From Octopus vulgaris (taxonomy: Eukaryota), in NCBI GenBank assembly GCA_951406725.2, contig OX597831.1, positions 50,840,001-50,904,000 on the forward strand: a stretch of 64,000 nucleotides of DNA. Direction: 5' to 3'. Each line of letters starts with the position of its first letter. Within the stretch, counting starts at the first letter, position 1. The translations under genes were made by a program, and so were the position numbers. The notes under the pieces are model-generated. The model did not search any database. It was given only the letters and a program-made list of their open reading frames with translations, and was not told where the DNA came from. Of the stretch, positions 1 to 12,388 are shown in pieces.

Positions 1-915
1 TGTCAGTCTGAAAACGAAAATAAGTGTATATAAATCTTGGTGGAGGCGCAATGGCCCAGTTGTCAGGGCAGCGAATTCGCGGTCGGAGGATCGCGGTTTC
101 GATTCCCGGACCGGGTGTTGTGTGTGCTTATTGAGCGAAAACACCTAAAGCTCCACGAGTCTCCGGCAGGGGGTGGTGGCGACCCCTATTGTACTCTTTC
201 GCCTCAACTTTCTCTCACTCTTTCTTCCTTTTTCTTGAGTAACGTTGCGATGGACTGGCGTCCCGTCCCGCTGGGAGGAACACATATGCCATAGAAACCT
301 GGAAACCGGGCCCATGAGCCTCGTAAGGTTTGAAAAGGGCGCGTAAATAAAAAAATAATATAAATCTTGTATTTTGAGCACACTTTTGTATAGGAAGGAG
401 GCATGGACTCCCTACTACAGACATATAAAGGAACTTGAAACCTTTCGTATGTGCTTTCTGCACAATATCTGTTATATAAAATGGCAACATAAGATATCAA
501 ATGTCAAAATCTTAGAAAAATGTGATATCTCCAGTATCAAAACCATGCGGCTGAGAATTCAATGCAGATGTTCTTCGAATGGAAAATGACCGCATTCAAA
601 AAATTTTTTTTGTATAGACAATACGTGGAGGGATATCGCAGTAAAGGAAGACCTGTCCTTAATTATAAGGATAAGTTGAAGTAATCACTAAAATCTCTAC
701 ACCTTAACTTGACGTCTTGGTGACGTAAAATGTGTCATGATGCATGCAAACAATTTAAGTTGAAGAAAAAGTCCAATGAAAGAATTCTATCCAACAATCA
801 GCAAGCATATTTGCCCACTCGCAGGCAAAATCAAAACCATCAGTGATCCCACTACGACTTCATAGCAAAATCTGTACCTGGATTCAAATTACATTCACAC
901 ATCCATCGCAAATAG
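1..915 (+). pseudogene. Decayed 3' part of an RTE-clade LINE ORF, interrupted at 40-357 by a SINE
   Basis: Removing the SINE joins SLKTKISVYKSC to ILSTLLYRKEAWTPYYRHIKELETF...IKWQHKISN, later followed by KGRP..YKDKLK. These are RTE RT C-terminal motifs (TK..VY...L.TLLY..E.W; W.D.I.N; GRP...YKD). Stops and frameshifts are present; the end coordinate is approximate. Confidence 0.8.
40..357 (+). mobile_element. tRNA-derived SINE (family E) with 12-bp TSD
   Basis: tRNA-like head (GGAGGCGCAATGGCCCAG...GGTTTCGATTCCC), A-rich tail, and TSD ATATAAATCTTG at 28-39 and 358-369. The 5' ~190 nt match the copy at 48898. Confidence 0.9.
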
Positions 916-1060
916 TTGCAACATATTTTGTTTCTTTTCTTTATAAATGTTGAATTCTCTTTTTTCCACCTCTTTTAATCCTTAAATCTTCTCCCTCAAA
1001 CACTCATACATCGAAATCAAAGGAAGCAACCATCATCATATATACAAAACTTTTATCTTT

Positions 1061-1215
1061 GCCAAGCGTGGCTATGTGGTAAGAAGCTTGTTTCCCCACA
1101 TGATTCCGGATTCAGTCCCTCTGCGTGGCATCGTAGGCTAGAGTCTTCTACTATAGGCTCGGGCCGCCGACCAAAGACAAGTGAGTCGACTTGGCAGACG
1201 GAGCATGAGAGAAGC

Positions 1216-1218
<3 letters not shown>
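1061..1218 (+). mobile_element. SINE family A, 5' half only
   Basis: GTGGCTATGTGGTAAGAAGCTTG...TTCAGTCCC...GAAGCCC matches the head of the full copy at 59686 and ends in (TA)n. Confidence 0.8.
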
Positions 1219-1260
<42 letters not shown>

Positions 1261-1552
1261 AATATGTTACATTACTCGGTAGTCAAGATAATGTAACATA
1301 TTATTGTATAGATAAATTTCCTCTATTTACATAATATTGAGGTATCTTTCTTTCTTTTGTTATCTTACCGTTTTATCAATATATATATATATATGGACTA
1401 CCGCTACTATACCACCTCATAGCATACCAACTGCTTGTAGAGCTGATATTTGTTTCCGTACGTGAATGCGTACGCATGTGTGTGTGCGCTCGCGTGACTT
1501 GGTTTCCAAACCAAACTCCAAGCCCAATATTTCATTATTTCTCATAATCTTT

Positions 1553-1730
1553 AAGGCAGCGAGCTTACAGAATCGTTAGCATCATTTCGTCTGTCTTTGC
1601 GTTCTGAGTTCAAATGCCGCCGCGGTCAATTTTGTCTTCCATCCTTTCGAGGTCGATAAAATAAGTACCGATTGAGCACTTACCCCTCCCCCTAAATTTC
1701 AGGCCTTGTGCTTATAGTAGAAACGATTGT
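1553..1730 (+). mobile_element. SINE family B, diverged
   Basis: GGCAGCGAGCT...GTTCTGAGTTCAAAT...CATCCTTTCGAGGTCGATAAAATAAGTACC, matching the copies at 36102 and 39772. Confidence 0.8.
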
Positions 1731-2102
1731 TTCTTATACTCTCAAAATGTAGGAAAATTAAGAACAAATCGAAAGGAGTACATAGTTGTTTCAAAATTTG
1801 GTATTTATTCTAACCTCTACTTTAGCCGAACCGTTAAGTTGCCCAGATGTAAACAACTCAACTCCGTTTTAAGTAGTGTGGAGTAAGGAAACACAGGCAC
1901 ACGCGCATATACACAGACACACACACATACACATATATATATATATAACCAGCCGAAATTGCGAGGATGGTCCGGTTCTTGAGTGAAGATTAGAGGCTTC
2001 GAATGACCCGTCCGTTTTTTACATCGTCTATTTGAATGTGTTGTGTTCTTGTCCCATTTTGTATTTTTATATATTTTTTTTACATATATATATATATATA
2101 TA

Positions 2103-3704
2103 CTGTGGGGGTCAAAAGTGTTTTCAAATTGTATATATTGATAAATTTATGCTTCAATATTTTCCAATATAATAACTACGTTACTCATTGTTCGATATGC
2201 AAATATATAAAGTAAATTCCTAGAGACGGAAACCAAATAATCATATTCTGGGGGGAAAATATGGATTTTTAAAAAATTTCAGGAAGAAACATGGGCCAAA
2301 AGAGTTTGCAAGACTCATTTATTCGAAATAAATAACATTTTTAAACATAATATAATTTGAAACATTGTATCATTATGATAATAGTACCATATATTGATAA
2401 CATATTACAAGAAAACAACAGTTATTGCTCAAATAACAATTAACAAAACAATACAAATTTATAAAACAAATTAACCCTTTATACGCTTTCCTCCATTCTT
2501 AATCAAATCCATCAGCCTCCTATCAACAGAGGATGTTAATTTATGCACTTGTTGAGGTGTGATTTCAGAAGATACCTCCTTGATCCTCTCCCAAATGTCT
2601 TTTTTACTGTTGAATTGATGCCCGTTTTCGTAAACCTTCCTCTTCAGAATCGACCAGAGGTTCTCTATCGGGTTCAAATCCGGGCTCTGAGGTGGCCACT
2701 CCATCAGATGTTCACCAGAGATCCCCTGGTCTGAAAGCCAAGCTTTTGTGAACCGAGAAGCATGGCTTGGGGCATTGTCTTGTTGAATAATGAGATTCTG
2801 GTTGACAGCATCATTTTGTGAATTCAACCAGGGCAATAAATTCTCTTCCAAAAACTCGCAGTAGTTCACAGAATTCATTTTGACACCTTCAGGGACAAGA
2901 AAAGGACCAACAATCTCACTTCCAATAATCCCAGCCCCAATCATCACTCCCCCTCCTCCCTGTTGACGTCTGAATCGCAAGCGTGGGCTATTGCCTTTAA
3001 GAAGCCATCCCTTGGTCCAACCGTCGGGACCGTCGAGGGTTGCTCTAGCCTCGTCAGTCCAGAGAACATTTTGAAAATTGCTTTTCAAATATTTAGTGGC
3101 CCATGCTAGTCGCTTCTGACAGCTGATATCACTCAAAGGAGGACATTTTGTCGGTGTTCTCTGGTCGGCTATTTGTTTCAAAATCCGATTTCGGGTCCTT
3201 TTAGAGATGTCAGACACTCCTGCATAGTCGAAAATAGCTTTGCTTGTGCTGTGTGGGTTTGCTAGCACACTCCTCTTGATTTTTCTAAAATCTCGTAGTG
3301 AAGTCACCTTTGGTCTGCCACTTTTGTGCTTTTTTCTTCCATCTTTGCCGTCAATGACGAAACGTTTCACAGTTCGATGATCTCGTTTCAAAATTTTTGA
3401 AATTTCTAATGTAGACTTCTTTGCAGCAAGTAATTTAACAATTTCACCCTTCTCGCTATCTGTCAGCATCTTTCCTTTAGCCATTATTAATAAATTTATG
3501 TTACCTGCATAAACTTTTGGCTCACCTAAAAAGAGGAAAATGTTTAACAATTATTAAATTCTGGGTTTTTTCGTAAAATGTAGTAATGAAAAAAAAACAG
3601 AATGGCAACCAGCAAATGATGGAAGAGGTGAAACTAAAAAATAAAGCAAAATTAATAAAGAAATGGAGAAAAAATAGGTCTGCAAACTCTTTTGTCCCCC
3701 ACAG
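2103..3704 (-). mobile_element. Full-length Tc1-like DNA transposon, DD37E (TRT-type)
   Basis: Imperfect 24-bp TIRs (CTGTGGGGGTCAAAAGTGTTTTCA at 2103; CTGTGGGGGACAAAAGAGTTTGCA as reverse complement ending 3704), TA on both flanks, and an intact transposase ORF. Confidence 0.95.
2471..3484 (-). CDS. Tc1-like DDE transposase, 337 aa, DD37E
   Basis: Uninterrupted ORF from the ATG at 3484 (MAKGK...). It has an N-terminal HTH and GRP motif, WTDEARATLDGPDGW, QQDNAPSH and WPPQSPDLNPIENLW. There are 37 residues between the second D and the E. Confidence 0.93.
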   Translation of the reverse strand: MAKGKMLTDSEKGEIVKLLAAKKSTLEISKILKRDHRTVKRFVIDGKDGRKKHKSGRPKVTSLRDFRKIKRSVLANPHSTSKAIFDYAGVSDISKRTRNRILKQIADQRTPTKCPPLSDISCQKRLAWATKYLKSNFQNVLWTDEARATLDGPDGWTKGWLLKGNSPRLRFRRQQGGGGVMIGAGIIGSEIVGPFLVPEGVKMNSVNYCEFLEENLLPWLNSQNDAVNQNLIIQQDNAPSHASRFTKAWLSDQGISGEHLMEWPPQSPDLNPIENLWSILKRKVYENGHQFNSKKDIWERIKEVSSEITPQQVHKLTSSVDRRLMDLIKNGGKRIKG

Positions 3705-3792
3705 TATATATATATATTATATTAAATTAGAGATAAAACCACTATTAGTTTGGATTTATTCCCTAATATTTATTATATATATATATATATAT

Positions 3793-3836
<44 letters not shown>

Positions 3837-3869
3837 CTATGTGTCTGTATGTGTGTGTCTCTGTATATT

Positions 3870-4519
3870 GGCACAGCTGTGGTTGCGTGGTAAGAAGCTT
3901 GCATCCCAACCACATGGTTCGGGTTTAGTCCAACTGCGGGGCACCTTGGGCAAGTTCTTCTACTATAGCTTCGGGCCGACCAAAGCCTTCTGAGTGGATT
4001 TGGCAGATGGAAACCGAAAGAAGCCCGTTATATCTATATAAGCGCACGCATATATATATGTGTGTGTGTGTGTGTGTGTCTTTGTCTCTGTGTTTGTCCT
4101 CGCACCAGTGCTTGAGCTGGCAGAAACGTTAGCACGCCGGACGAAATGCCTAGCGGTATTTTGTCTGCGTTACGTTGTGAGTTCAAATTCCGCCGAGGTC
4201 GACTTTGCCTTTCATCCTTTCGGGGTCGATAAATTAAGTACCAGTTACGCACTGGGGTCGATGTAATCGACTTAATACCTATGTCTGTCCTTGTTTGTCC
4301 CCTCTGTGTTTAGCCCCTTGTGGGTAATAAAAAAATAGGTATTTGTGTATTTACCACCCCACAACTTAGCCGTTCGGCTCTTGAGTCCGACAGTATAAGT
4401 ACTAGATTTAAAAGTTAGTCCTGGGGTCGATTTCTTCGACTAGAACACTTTAAGACGGTGCCCCAGTACGGCTACAGTCAAATATCTGAAACAAGTAAAA
4501 GATAGAAAAGATAAAAGAT
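3870..4519 (+). mobile_element. SINE family A with a nested family B SINE (about 4115-4345)
   Basis: The A head and internal (TA)/(TG) tract are followed by a B copy (GAGCTGGCAGAAACGTTAGC...). The A 3' half then resumes and ends in TGAAACAAGTAAAAGA repeats. Confidence 0.85.
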
Positions 4520-5303
4520 ATGCACTTAGGAATGTATGTATGTATGTGTGTATGTGTGTGTGTGTTTGTGTGTATGTATGTATATGACTGCTTCCTACGC
4601 AGTTTCCGTCTGCACTGCTCGGTCCGAGCTGCCGCGCAATGGGAGCTTCTTTTCTTCAGTTTCATTTTCTTTATTTTACAAAACAGATTAACAGAAAAAA
4701 TGAATGTAAACTACCAAGTATAGAATATTGATGGCTATATAATAATAAACTTAAACTAAAGTTTATTCATTTAAATTATTCTAATTTTATAATTTTTTTA
4801 GAAACGCAGATAAATGACAGCTAAAAGCCATCGTTAGGAACAAAATTTATTAGGATATTAATATTTCAAGTTATGAGTGACTACTTTCAAGAAATTAATT
4901 TTGTTTTTTTAAATTCTGAATCGTAATTATCTCGCATTCTCTAATACTCTTATTGATATCCCTGTATTTTATGTTTTGGCTTGTTTCTTCTTCTGCTTCG
5001 ATGAACTTTTGCAGTTTGGTTGTGATTAAAATATTCTTCAGAATTATATAATTATTTATACTCGAGTTAATTTGTTATTCTCATTATCCTTCTATCTTAA
5101 CACAGTGAAATGGTAGATTGCAGAATAGCTGACCTCGCATTATTTACTCCGATCGATCTTTGAGTTCAAATCCCACCAAAGTCAACACTGTCTTTCATGT
5201 TTTATGTCAGTATTTTGTTATATCTCGGGAGGATCATTCTGCTAATAATTACCACATGCACGCCTTGTAGTTTACTTCGTTTATCATTATTATTATTATT
5301 ATT

Positions 5304-5860
5304 GAGTGAGCGAGCAGAGCATGCCATCAAAGTGACACTGGGGTAAAATATACGAAGCCCAGTATACCCATCATGACTACCCGTCTGATAAGGGTACACC
5401 AGGCACATGCATCACAACCATATGTGCGCGACATGGTGATCTCATATCAAGATAAACAGCACATGACCTTGCAGGTGGAGCCCAGTTAGAATTTTCTTCT
5501 GATCGAGTAACCCATCCCGCTCAAAAGGTCCCTGAATAAGGGTTATTTAAGGACATTGAATGAAACACCCATGTTTCCAGAGGTGAATTATTCAAACCCC
5601 AAAGAATCCTTCTCAACACATGGCTATGATGCTCCCCCACTACTTCTGCTCGTGATCAGAGATGCACATATCGTCAGCCACTAAGGGACATGCTCAACTG
5701 GTTATGGTCAAACAACTGACAAGCAAATCTGTGGTATTCAGCAGAATATTTGCTGTAGCCCATCTTTTATACCAAGACAAAACAATGTACATGATAACAC
5801 TTCCAATCAGTTAAGATCAGAAGCCATGAGAGCCACTACCTGGTACTGCATCAGGGCATT
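5304..5860. mobile_element. 557-bp non-coding interspersed element (family D) embedded in (TTA)n
   Basis: Near-identical, end-to-end copy at 13140-13696. Both copies are flanked by (TTA)n on both sides. Confidence 0.85.
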
Positions 5861-5883
5861 TATTATTATTATTATTATTATTA

Positions 5884-5950
<67 letters not shown>

Positions 5951-6292
5951 GTGAAGGCGCATGGCTCAGTGGTTAGAGCGTCGAGCTTACGATCGTGAGG
6001 TTGTGAGCTCGAATCCCGGACCGGGCTGCGTGTTGTGTTCTTGAGCAAGGCACTTTATTTCACGTTGCTCCAGTTCACTCAGCTGTAGAAATGAGTTGCG
6101 ACGTCACAGGTGCCAAGCTGTATCGACCTTTGTCTTTCCCTTGGATAATACTGGTGGCGTGGAGAGGGGAGGCTGGTATGCATGGGCGACTGCTGGTCTT
6201 CCATAAAACAACCTTGCCCGGACTTGTGTCTAGGAGGGTAACTTTCTAGGTGCAATCCCATGGTCATTCATGACCGAAGGGGGTCTTTACCC

Positions 6293-6294
<2 letters not shown>
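5951..6294 (+). mobile_element. tRNA-Arg(ACG)-derived CORE-type SINE (family C; resembles the described octopus OR-type SINEs)
   Basis: A box TGGCTCAGTGG, anticodon loop CTTACGA, B-box-like GAGCTCGAATCCC and CORE-like TGTGTTCTTGAGCAAGGCACTT. Three more copies lie in the window. The OR assignment is from recall, not a search. Confidence 0.88.
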
Positions 6295-6370
<76 letters not shown>

Positions 6371-7349
6371 TAATATTATTATTAGTCAATTAGTTTATAT
6401 TTCCATTTAACTAATCGATTGTTTGATTAATAACTTTGTTAATCAATCAAATTGGTTTGTAAAAGTCCTTTCGTTTCCATTTGCGACCTCACCATTGACA
6501 AGCATTTTCCAATGCAGGTCGAGGAGGAGTTGGTTGTTGGAAATGTTAAAGGATCAAGTGAGATATTTTGCGATGTATGTTCCATTTCTGCGCGTTCTAA
6601 CATCAACACCAGTGCCGGCACTTGGATAATCATCGGTGATGAGAGACTAGCATCCATGGACAACAGCCAGTCTTCCCCACAAAATGATACTCATGCCAAC
6701 ACATACATTGTCAGACACATAGTCAATATTGTATCTCTGCTATCTGTCCAGATTTTATTTATGTTACGTATTAATTTTCATTTACATTCTATTTATAAGA
6801 AAATCTGCCCTAACAGTCAAAGAATCACTCCAAAAAGTTAAGTTAACACCTACTTGCCTCTTTTTAATGCCCCAATATTAAGCGGTAATCAGAACAAATA
6901 TTACAAACTGAAATCAAAATAACATAAGAAAACAACCTATTGACAAACTGGTGACGCATTGGCCACACGAATTTTTCTTTGCGCCTTGAGTGTGTCTATG
7001 GGCGTGTATTTATGTGTGGGTCTGCAAACACACATAAATACCTGTTATTCTATATATTGTTAGCAGTGAGATTTGGGTAGTATGTGGCGAACGAACACTT
7101 GCCACTGAGGTGGAGCAGTATGATGAAATCACATGATCTAGTAGTTTCGATGCCCAAGCCAAGCGAATCTTGTCAACTAGCAATATATGTCAGTGGTATT
7201 AGTACCGCATGTCTTTGAGAAGATCTCTTAATGCAAATACTGCAGTATGCCGCATTGTAAAAATACATCCATGTCAAATAAGATATAAAGATTGCCATAT
7301 ATCCATTTATATATGTATGTGTGTGCGTGTATGTATGAGTGTGTATATA

Positions 7350-7400
<51 letters not shown>

Positions 7401-7418
7401 TGCGTGTGTGTGTATGTA

Positions 7419-8683
7419 CAGGGGTTGTACAAAATAATGGAAACACCTAGCATCATAGCATCATAATTTCGAAATGACTATAAAACCGTCAAAAGTTTGT
7501 TTATTTTCATGTTTTTTTTTATTTATTATTAGTGTTGCTTAATATGTTTTGCAAAAATTGCTGCTTCTTTTCAGATATCATCAGAAAAAGTTAATTAAAA
7601 TTCATTAAAATGACAGATCTATCGGACTTTCATTGTTGGTGCTCGTATGGCAGGTGCTAACGTAATGAAAACAGTCGAAATGTTTGGTGTATCAAGAAGT
7701 ACTGTCACGAAAGTAATGACAGCTTTTGAGAAACAGGGAAAAACCTCCTTGTCGATACAAAGCTCCGGAAGAAAACCAAAATATTCAGATAAGGACCGTC
7801 GGACTCTTGCCCGAATTGTTAGAAAGGATCACAAAAGTACAGCTCCCAAAATTACTGCAGAGCTTAATGACCACCTGGAGAACCCAGTTTCCACAAAAAC
7901 TGTTCCCTAGGAGCTGCACAAAGCCAGATTTAATGGGAGGGCTACAATCAGAAAACCACTACTTTCAAAAACATACGTTGCAAAGCGTTTAGAATGGAGT
8001 AAAGCCCTACAGAATTGGTCCTTAGAGCAGTGGAAGAATGTTATTTTCTTGGACGAGTCATCCTTTACCTTATTTCCGACCACTGACCGAGCATACGTGT
8101 GGAGACAGCCAAAAGAATCATTTGACCCAGACTGCCTTCTTCCAACTGTTTAACATGGAGGAGGATCTGTGATGATCTGGGGGTGCTATATCTTGGAAAT
8201 CCGCCGGCCAAATGATTTCCGCTCTTGACAAAATTAATAGTCAAGACTTTTTGAGCATTATATCTGATCAATTTCATCCTATAGTTGCAGACCTGTTTCC
8301 GTGGGGAAACGCAATGTTTCAGGATGATAATGCACCAATTCACACAGCTAAAGTTGTTACTGAATGGCATGAGGAACATTCTAGTGAAGTTGAACATCTT
8401 ATCTAGCCACCACAGTCCCCAGATCTCAATATTATTGAACATTTATGGTGCATTTTAGAAAAACAAGTAAAGAGTCAATATCGTCTACCATCATCACTGC
8501 ACAAAGTGGAGACTGTTTTAGCTGAAGAATGGACATGAATTTCTTTAGAAACGATTCAAACTCTGTACGTGTCCATACCTCGTAGAATTCAAGCTGTAAT
8601 TACTGCCAAAGGCGGTCCTACTCCATATTAAAATTATTTTGTTTGAAAGTTTAAGGTGTTTTCATTATTTTGTACAACCCCTG
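7419..8683 (+). mobile_element. Tc1-like transposon, DD36E (Incomer-type), full length with disrupted transposase
   Basis: ~30-bp TIRs CAGGGGTTGTACAAAATAATG(G/A)AAACACCT with TA flanks, 1265 bp long. FLDES and QDDNAPIH...PPQSPDLNIIE give 36 residues between D and E. Frameshifts and an in-frame TAG are present. Confidence 0.92.
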
Positions 8684-8798
8684 TATGTATGTATGTATGT
8701 ATGTATGTATGTATGTATGTATGTATGTATTATGTATGTATGCATGTATGTATATACGCACACATACATACATGCATACATATACACATATATGTATA

Positions 8799-9235
8799 TC
8801 TTAATATATAAAACAGAGTTTGTGTGTGTGTGTGCATGAGTGTGTGCCGGTGTGAGCATGTGTGTGCGTGTATGTGTGTGTGCGTGTGTTTGTGTTCCTG
8901 TGTGGGCATGTGTGTGCGTGTGTGTACGTGTGTGTATGTGCTGGCGTATGGTCCTTATAGATTCGAAAACTGAGTTGCCGATTTTGACGTATTAGGTGTC
9001 AAAAGATTCAGTAACGTTTCGGTTACCAAATAAAGTATGTTTTTTAGCACAACTCTTTTTTGCTACAAAAATAACTTCGAAAACGAGGTCGGGTCGCATA
9101 ATTTTAAGTTCTTTAGCTAAGGGAGGCAACTCTGCCTGAACAATCTTTGTCTTAGAGTATAATGAGAAAATGTTTAAAATGTAAGGCGTTTTGCCAGGGA
9201 ATGAAACTTCGAAGACACACCGTCAACTTTGTTAG
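8799..9235 (+). mobile_element. Degenerate non-autonomous Helitron-like element
   Basis: 5' TCTTAATATATAAAACAGAG followed by a (TG) tract, as in the 19604-20113 Helitron. It shares an internal AAGGGA(G/A)G(C/T)AACTCT motif. The 3' end (TTAG) is degenerate. Confidence 0.5.
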
Positions 9236-9877
9236 TATTATTTAGTAGATAATCTTTTAATGTAAACTTTGTTTGTCTGTGTTTTGTTTAGCCCAGCGTT
9301 GCTTCTGATGTAATAGGCCCATCGCATACTTTTTTCTTCCTAAAATACTGCCAATCTGTGTCTTTATTTTGATGAACGGGTGTGTTTTAAGTGAGATTTG
9401 GCAGTTATTTGTAGTAGCTCGACTTACCACAAACGCACCTTTGTGTGTCTGTGTGTGTTTTGTTGTAGTAAATATTTTGTGGTGAATATCTTGCCCAATA
9501 ATTTCTTATGTAATCTTCACATCTTTCTTACTGCTAATCATTCAACTTCGAATTAGAATTGTTAATTGTTGGAAGTGAAGTAGACTGAGATGTACATATA
9601 GTATTATTCTGTAAAATGGAAGTGCAATACAAGGTTTTGAACTCATTATCTTGTGGTTAGTAATCTATTACCTTAAATTTGAAGTCATTAAGTCTATAGA
9701 CATTATTTTACTGGGTTTAGTCTTTCGACTGCCGCAATGATGATGTATTACCTTTAAAATTTTAATTGATCATACTGAACTCGGTACATTTTTCAATCTG
9801 GCATTTATTTTATAGATCTCTGATTGATGAACTGCTAACTTTGAGACATACTGGGACACCATACTCGATTTAACAAC

Positions 9878-9952
<75 letters not shown>

Positions 9953-9953
9953 C

Positions 9954-10017
<64 letters not shown>

Positions 10018-11017
10018 CTCTCTCTCTCTCTCTCTCTCTCCATATATCTATATATATATATAATCATCAAAAATTCTTTACTTCCAACATGTATTTCTTC
10101 ATTCCTCTTTAATATTCTTTTTAAATTACTTCAACCATTTTTCCATTATAATTCCATTGTTTTGATCATGTATGTCTATGGAGGATGATTTATGATACAA
10201 GTACTGACTCGCATACACAAACACACACGCACGCACAGACACATACACACACACACACACAAACATACATACGTAAATATGCACAAGCGCACGCATATAC
10301 GCAAACAAACAACCAGGAAATACACTACACAGACACAAATATACATATATAAACACACTCGACCAGTTTAATGAACAGTTCTTACTAACCCTACACTGGC
10401 TTTTCAATATCATTTAAAGATTTCTCCACCATTAAACATGTTGCTAAGGACATCTGGACTGTTGATTAAGATAATACAATAGTTCTTATCTGTTTTCTTT
10501 TTCTCTGTTGTAAATAAGATCCACTGATTTAATAGCAGCTGTGCAGGAACGGTTTGGTTATTGATGCATTCATATTGCCATTTATCCCGCCATGTAAAGC
10601 AACGAACTGGAAATCTTCTGTTAAGTTTCATTAACGTGTTATCACTCATGAGAATATAGTCTCACATGAATGATAAACATAATACGACCTGATTTGCACG
10701 TTCTATAATGTTATTAGCACACAGAATCAAACAAATAAAAAACATAATTGCTTCCCTTCTCCCAATCCACATCAATGTAACTTGTTTGGGTTTTCTTTTT
10801 TTAATCGTGATGAAGCAAAATTGCTAATTGAGTGCATTTTCATCACACCAACACTGATACAGAAATGCATGCAATTTACTTAAAATGTGTGAAAATGAAA
10901 TAAAGTGCATTTGGGGAGACTTAATCTCTAAATTTGGCCATTTGTCTTTAAGTTCTTCACTTCTACGAATGACATTAATATAGCTTTCTGTTTTCTTCCC
11001 TCCCCATCTCTCTCTCC

Positions 11018-11055
<38 letters not shown>

Positions 11056-11194
11056 ATCTATCTATTTATTTGCCTCAATATCTATAAATTTACATCTATG
11101 TATCTAAATTAAATATTAATATCTATCTATATATGTTTGCTGGGCTTATCTGTGTGTGTGTGCGTGTTTGTATTTACAGACATATACATATACA

Positions 11195-11500
<306 letters not shown>

Positions 11501-11595
11501 GCTCTCTCAAAGGTGTCGACCCCTCCTTAACCTACTTCCTCCATCTGTGGCGATGACAGGCATTGCTTTCCCAGTCAGTCCCATGCACATAAATA

Positions 11596-12388
11596 CAGGG
11601 TGCGATGAATAAACTGTCGTCTTAATTACGCAAAAATGAAAATAACACTGACATCTTATTTTAACATATATTTACCAAATTTACATAAAAATATTTTGAA
11701 ATACTAATGAGTAAAGAGAAAATAAATTCGCAATTGGCTTTAACCACGACCTCAGACGACTTCGGAATCTCCTGCAATTCTTGTGGACGGTCTCCTTGTT
11801 TAAGTTACTGAATGCTGCCTTCATTTCATCTTTGGTGTTACATGAAGTTTTGTTGGTCTCTCGCTCAACTGCGCCCTACACATAATAATCAAGGAGGTTG
11901 CAGTTTGGGGAGTTAAGTGGCCAGATGTTAGGGGTGATGTGGTCGCAAAATTTGTTGTCTGACCGCCATCACTGGGTGCTTCTGCTTGTGTGGCATGATA
12001 CAAAGTCCTGTTGCCAGACATAGGGTCTTCCAACAGCCACCCTCTTGACCCAGGGCAGGACATCTAGGCCCTTGATGTAGGCCAACGTGTTGAGTCTTAG
12101 GCCGTGTAGGAAGATGAATAGAAGTATAACATCACCATCACTAGTGATCACTCCAAACACCATGATGTTTGATTTTTATCACGTTCGGCGCGATTTTTAT
12201 CACTACCAGCGCGTAAGCCAAGCATGTTGTTTCCAAATTCCTTGCAGAGTGAACTATGTTATGGTGCTGTTTTTCACAGACGATGCCCAACTGACCCTGC
12301 TATACTGTGTAGTCAACAAAATCCAAAACGATGCGCATGCGCGAAATAAAAGATATATAGAATTATGACAATTTACCCATCACACCTT
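11596..12388 (-). mobile_element. Internally deleted maT (DD37D) transposon
   Basis: TIRs CAGGGTGCGATGAATAAACTGTC and rc AAGGTGTGATGGGTAAATTGTC. The remnant MVFGVITSDG...YVWQQD..CHTSR...WPLNSPNCNLLDYYV fits the DD37D pattern after correcting a frameshift. Confidence 0.8.

Noticed and set aside
5951-6030. tRNA-Arg-like cloverleaf (also at 42, 48898 and other SINE heads)
   Set aside because: It continues directly into SINE body sequence in multiple copies and has imperfect stems; these are not tRNA genes.
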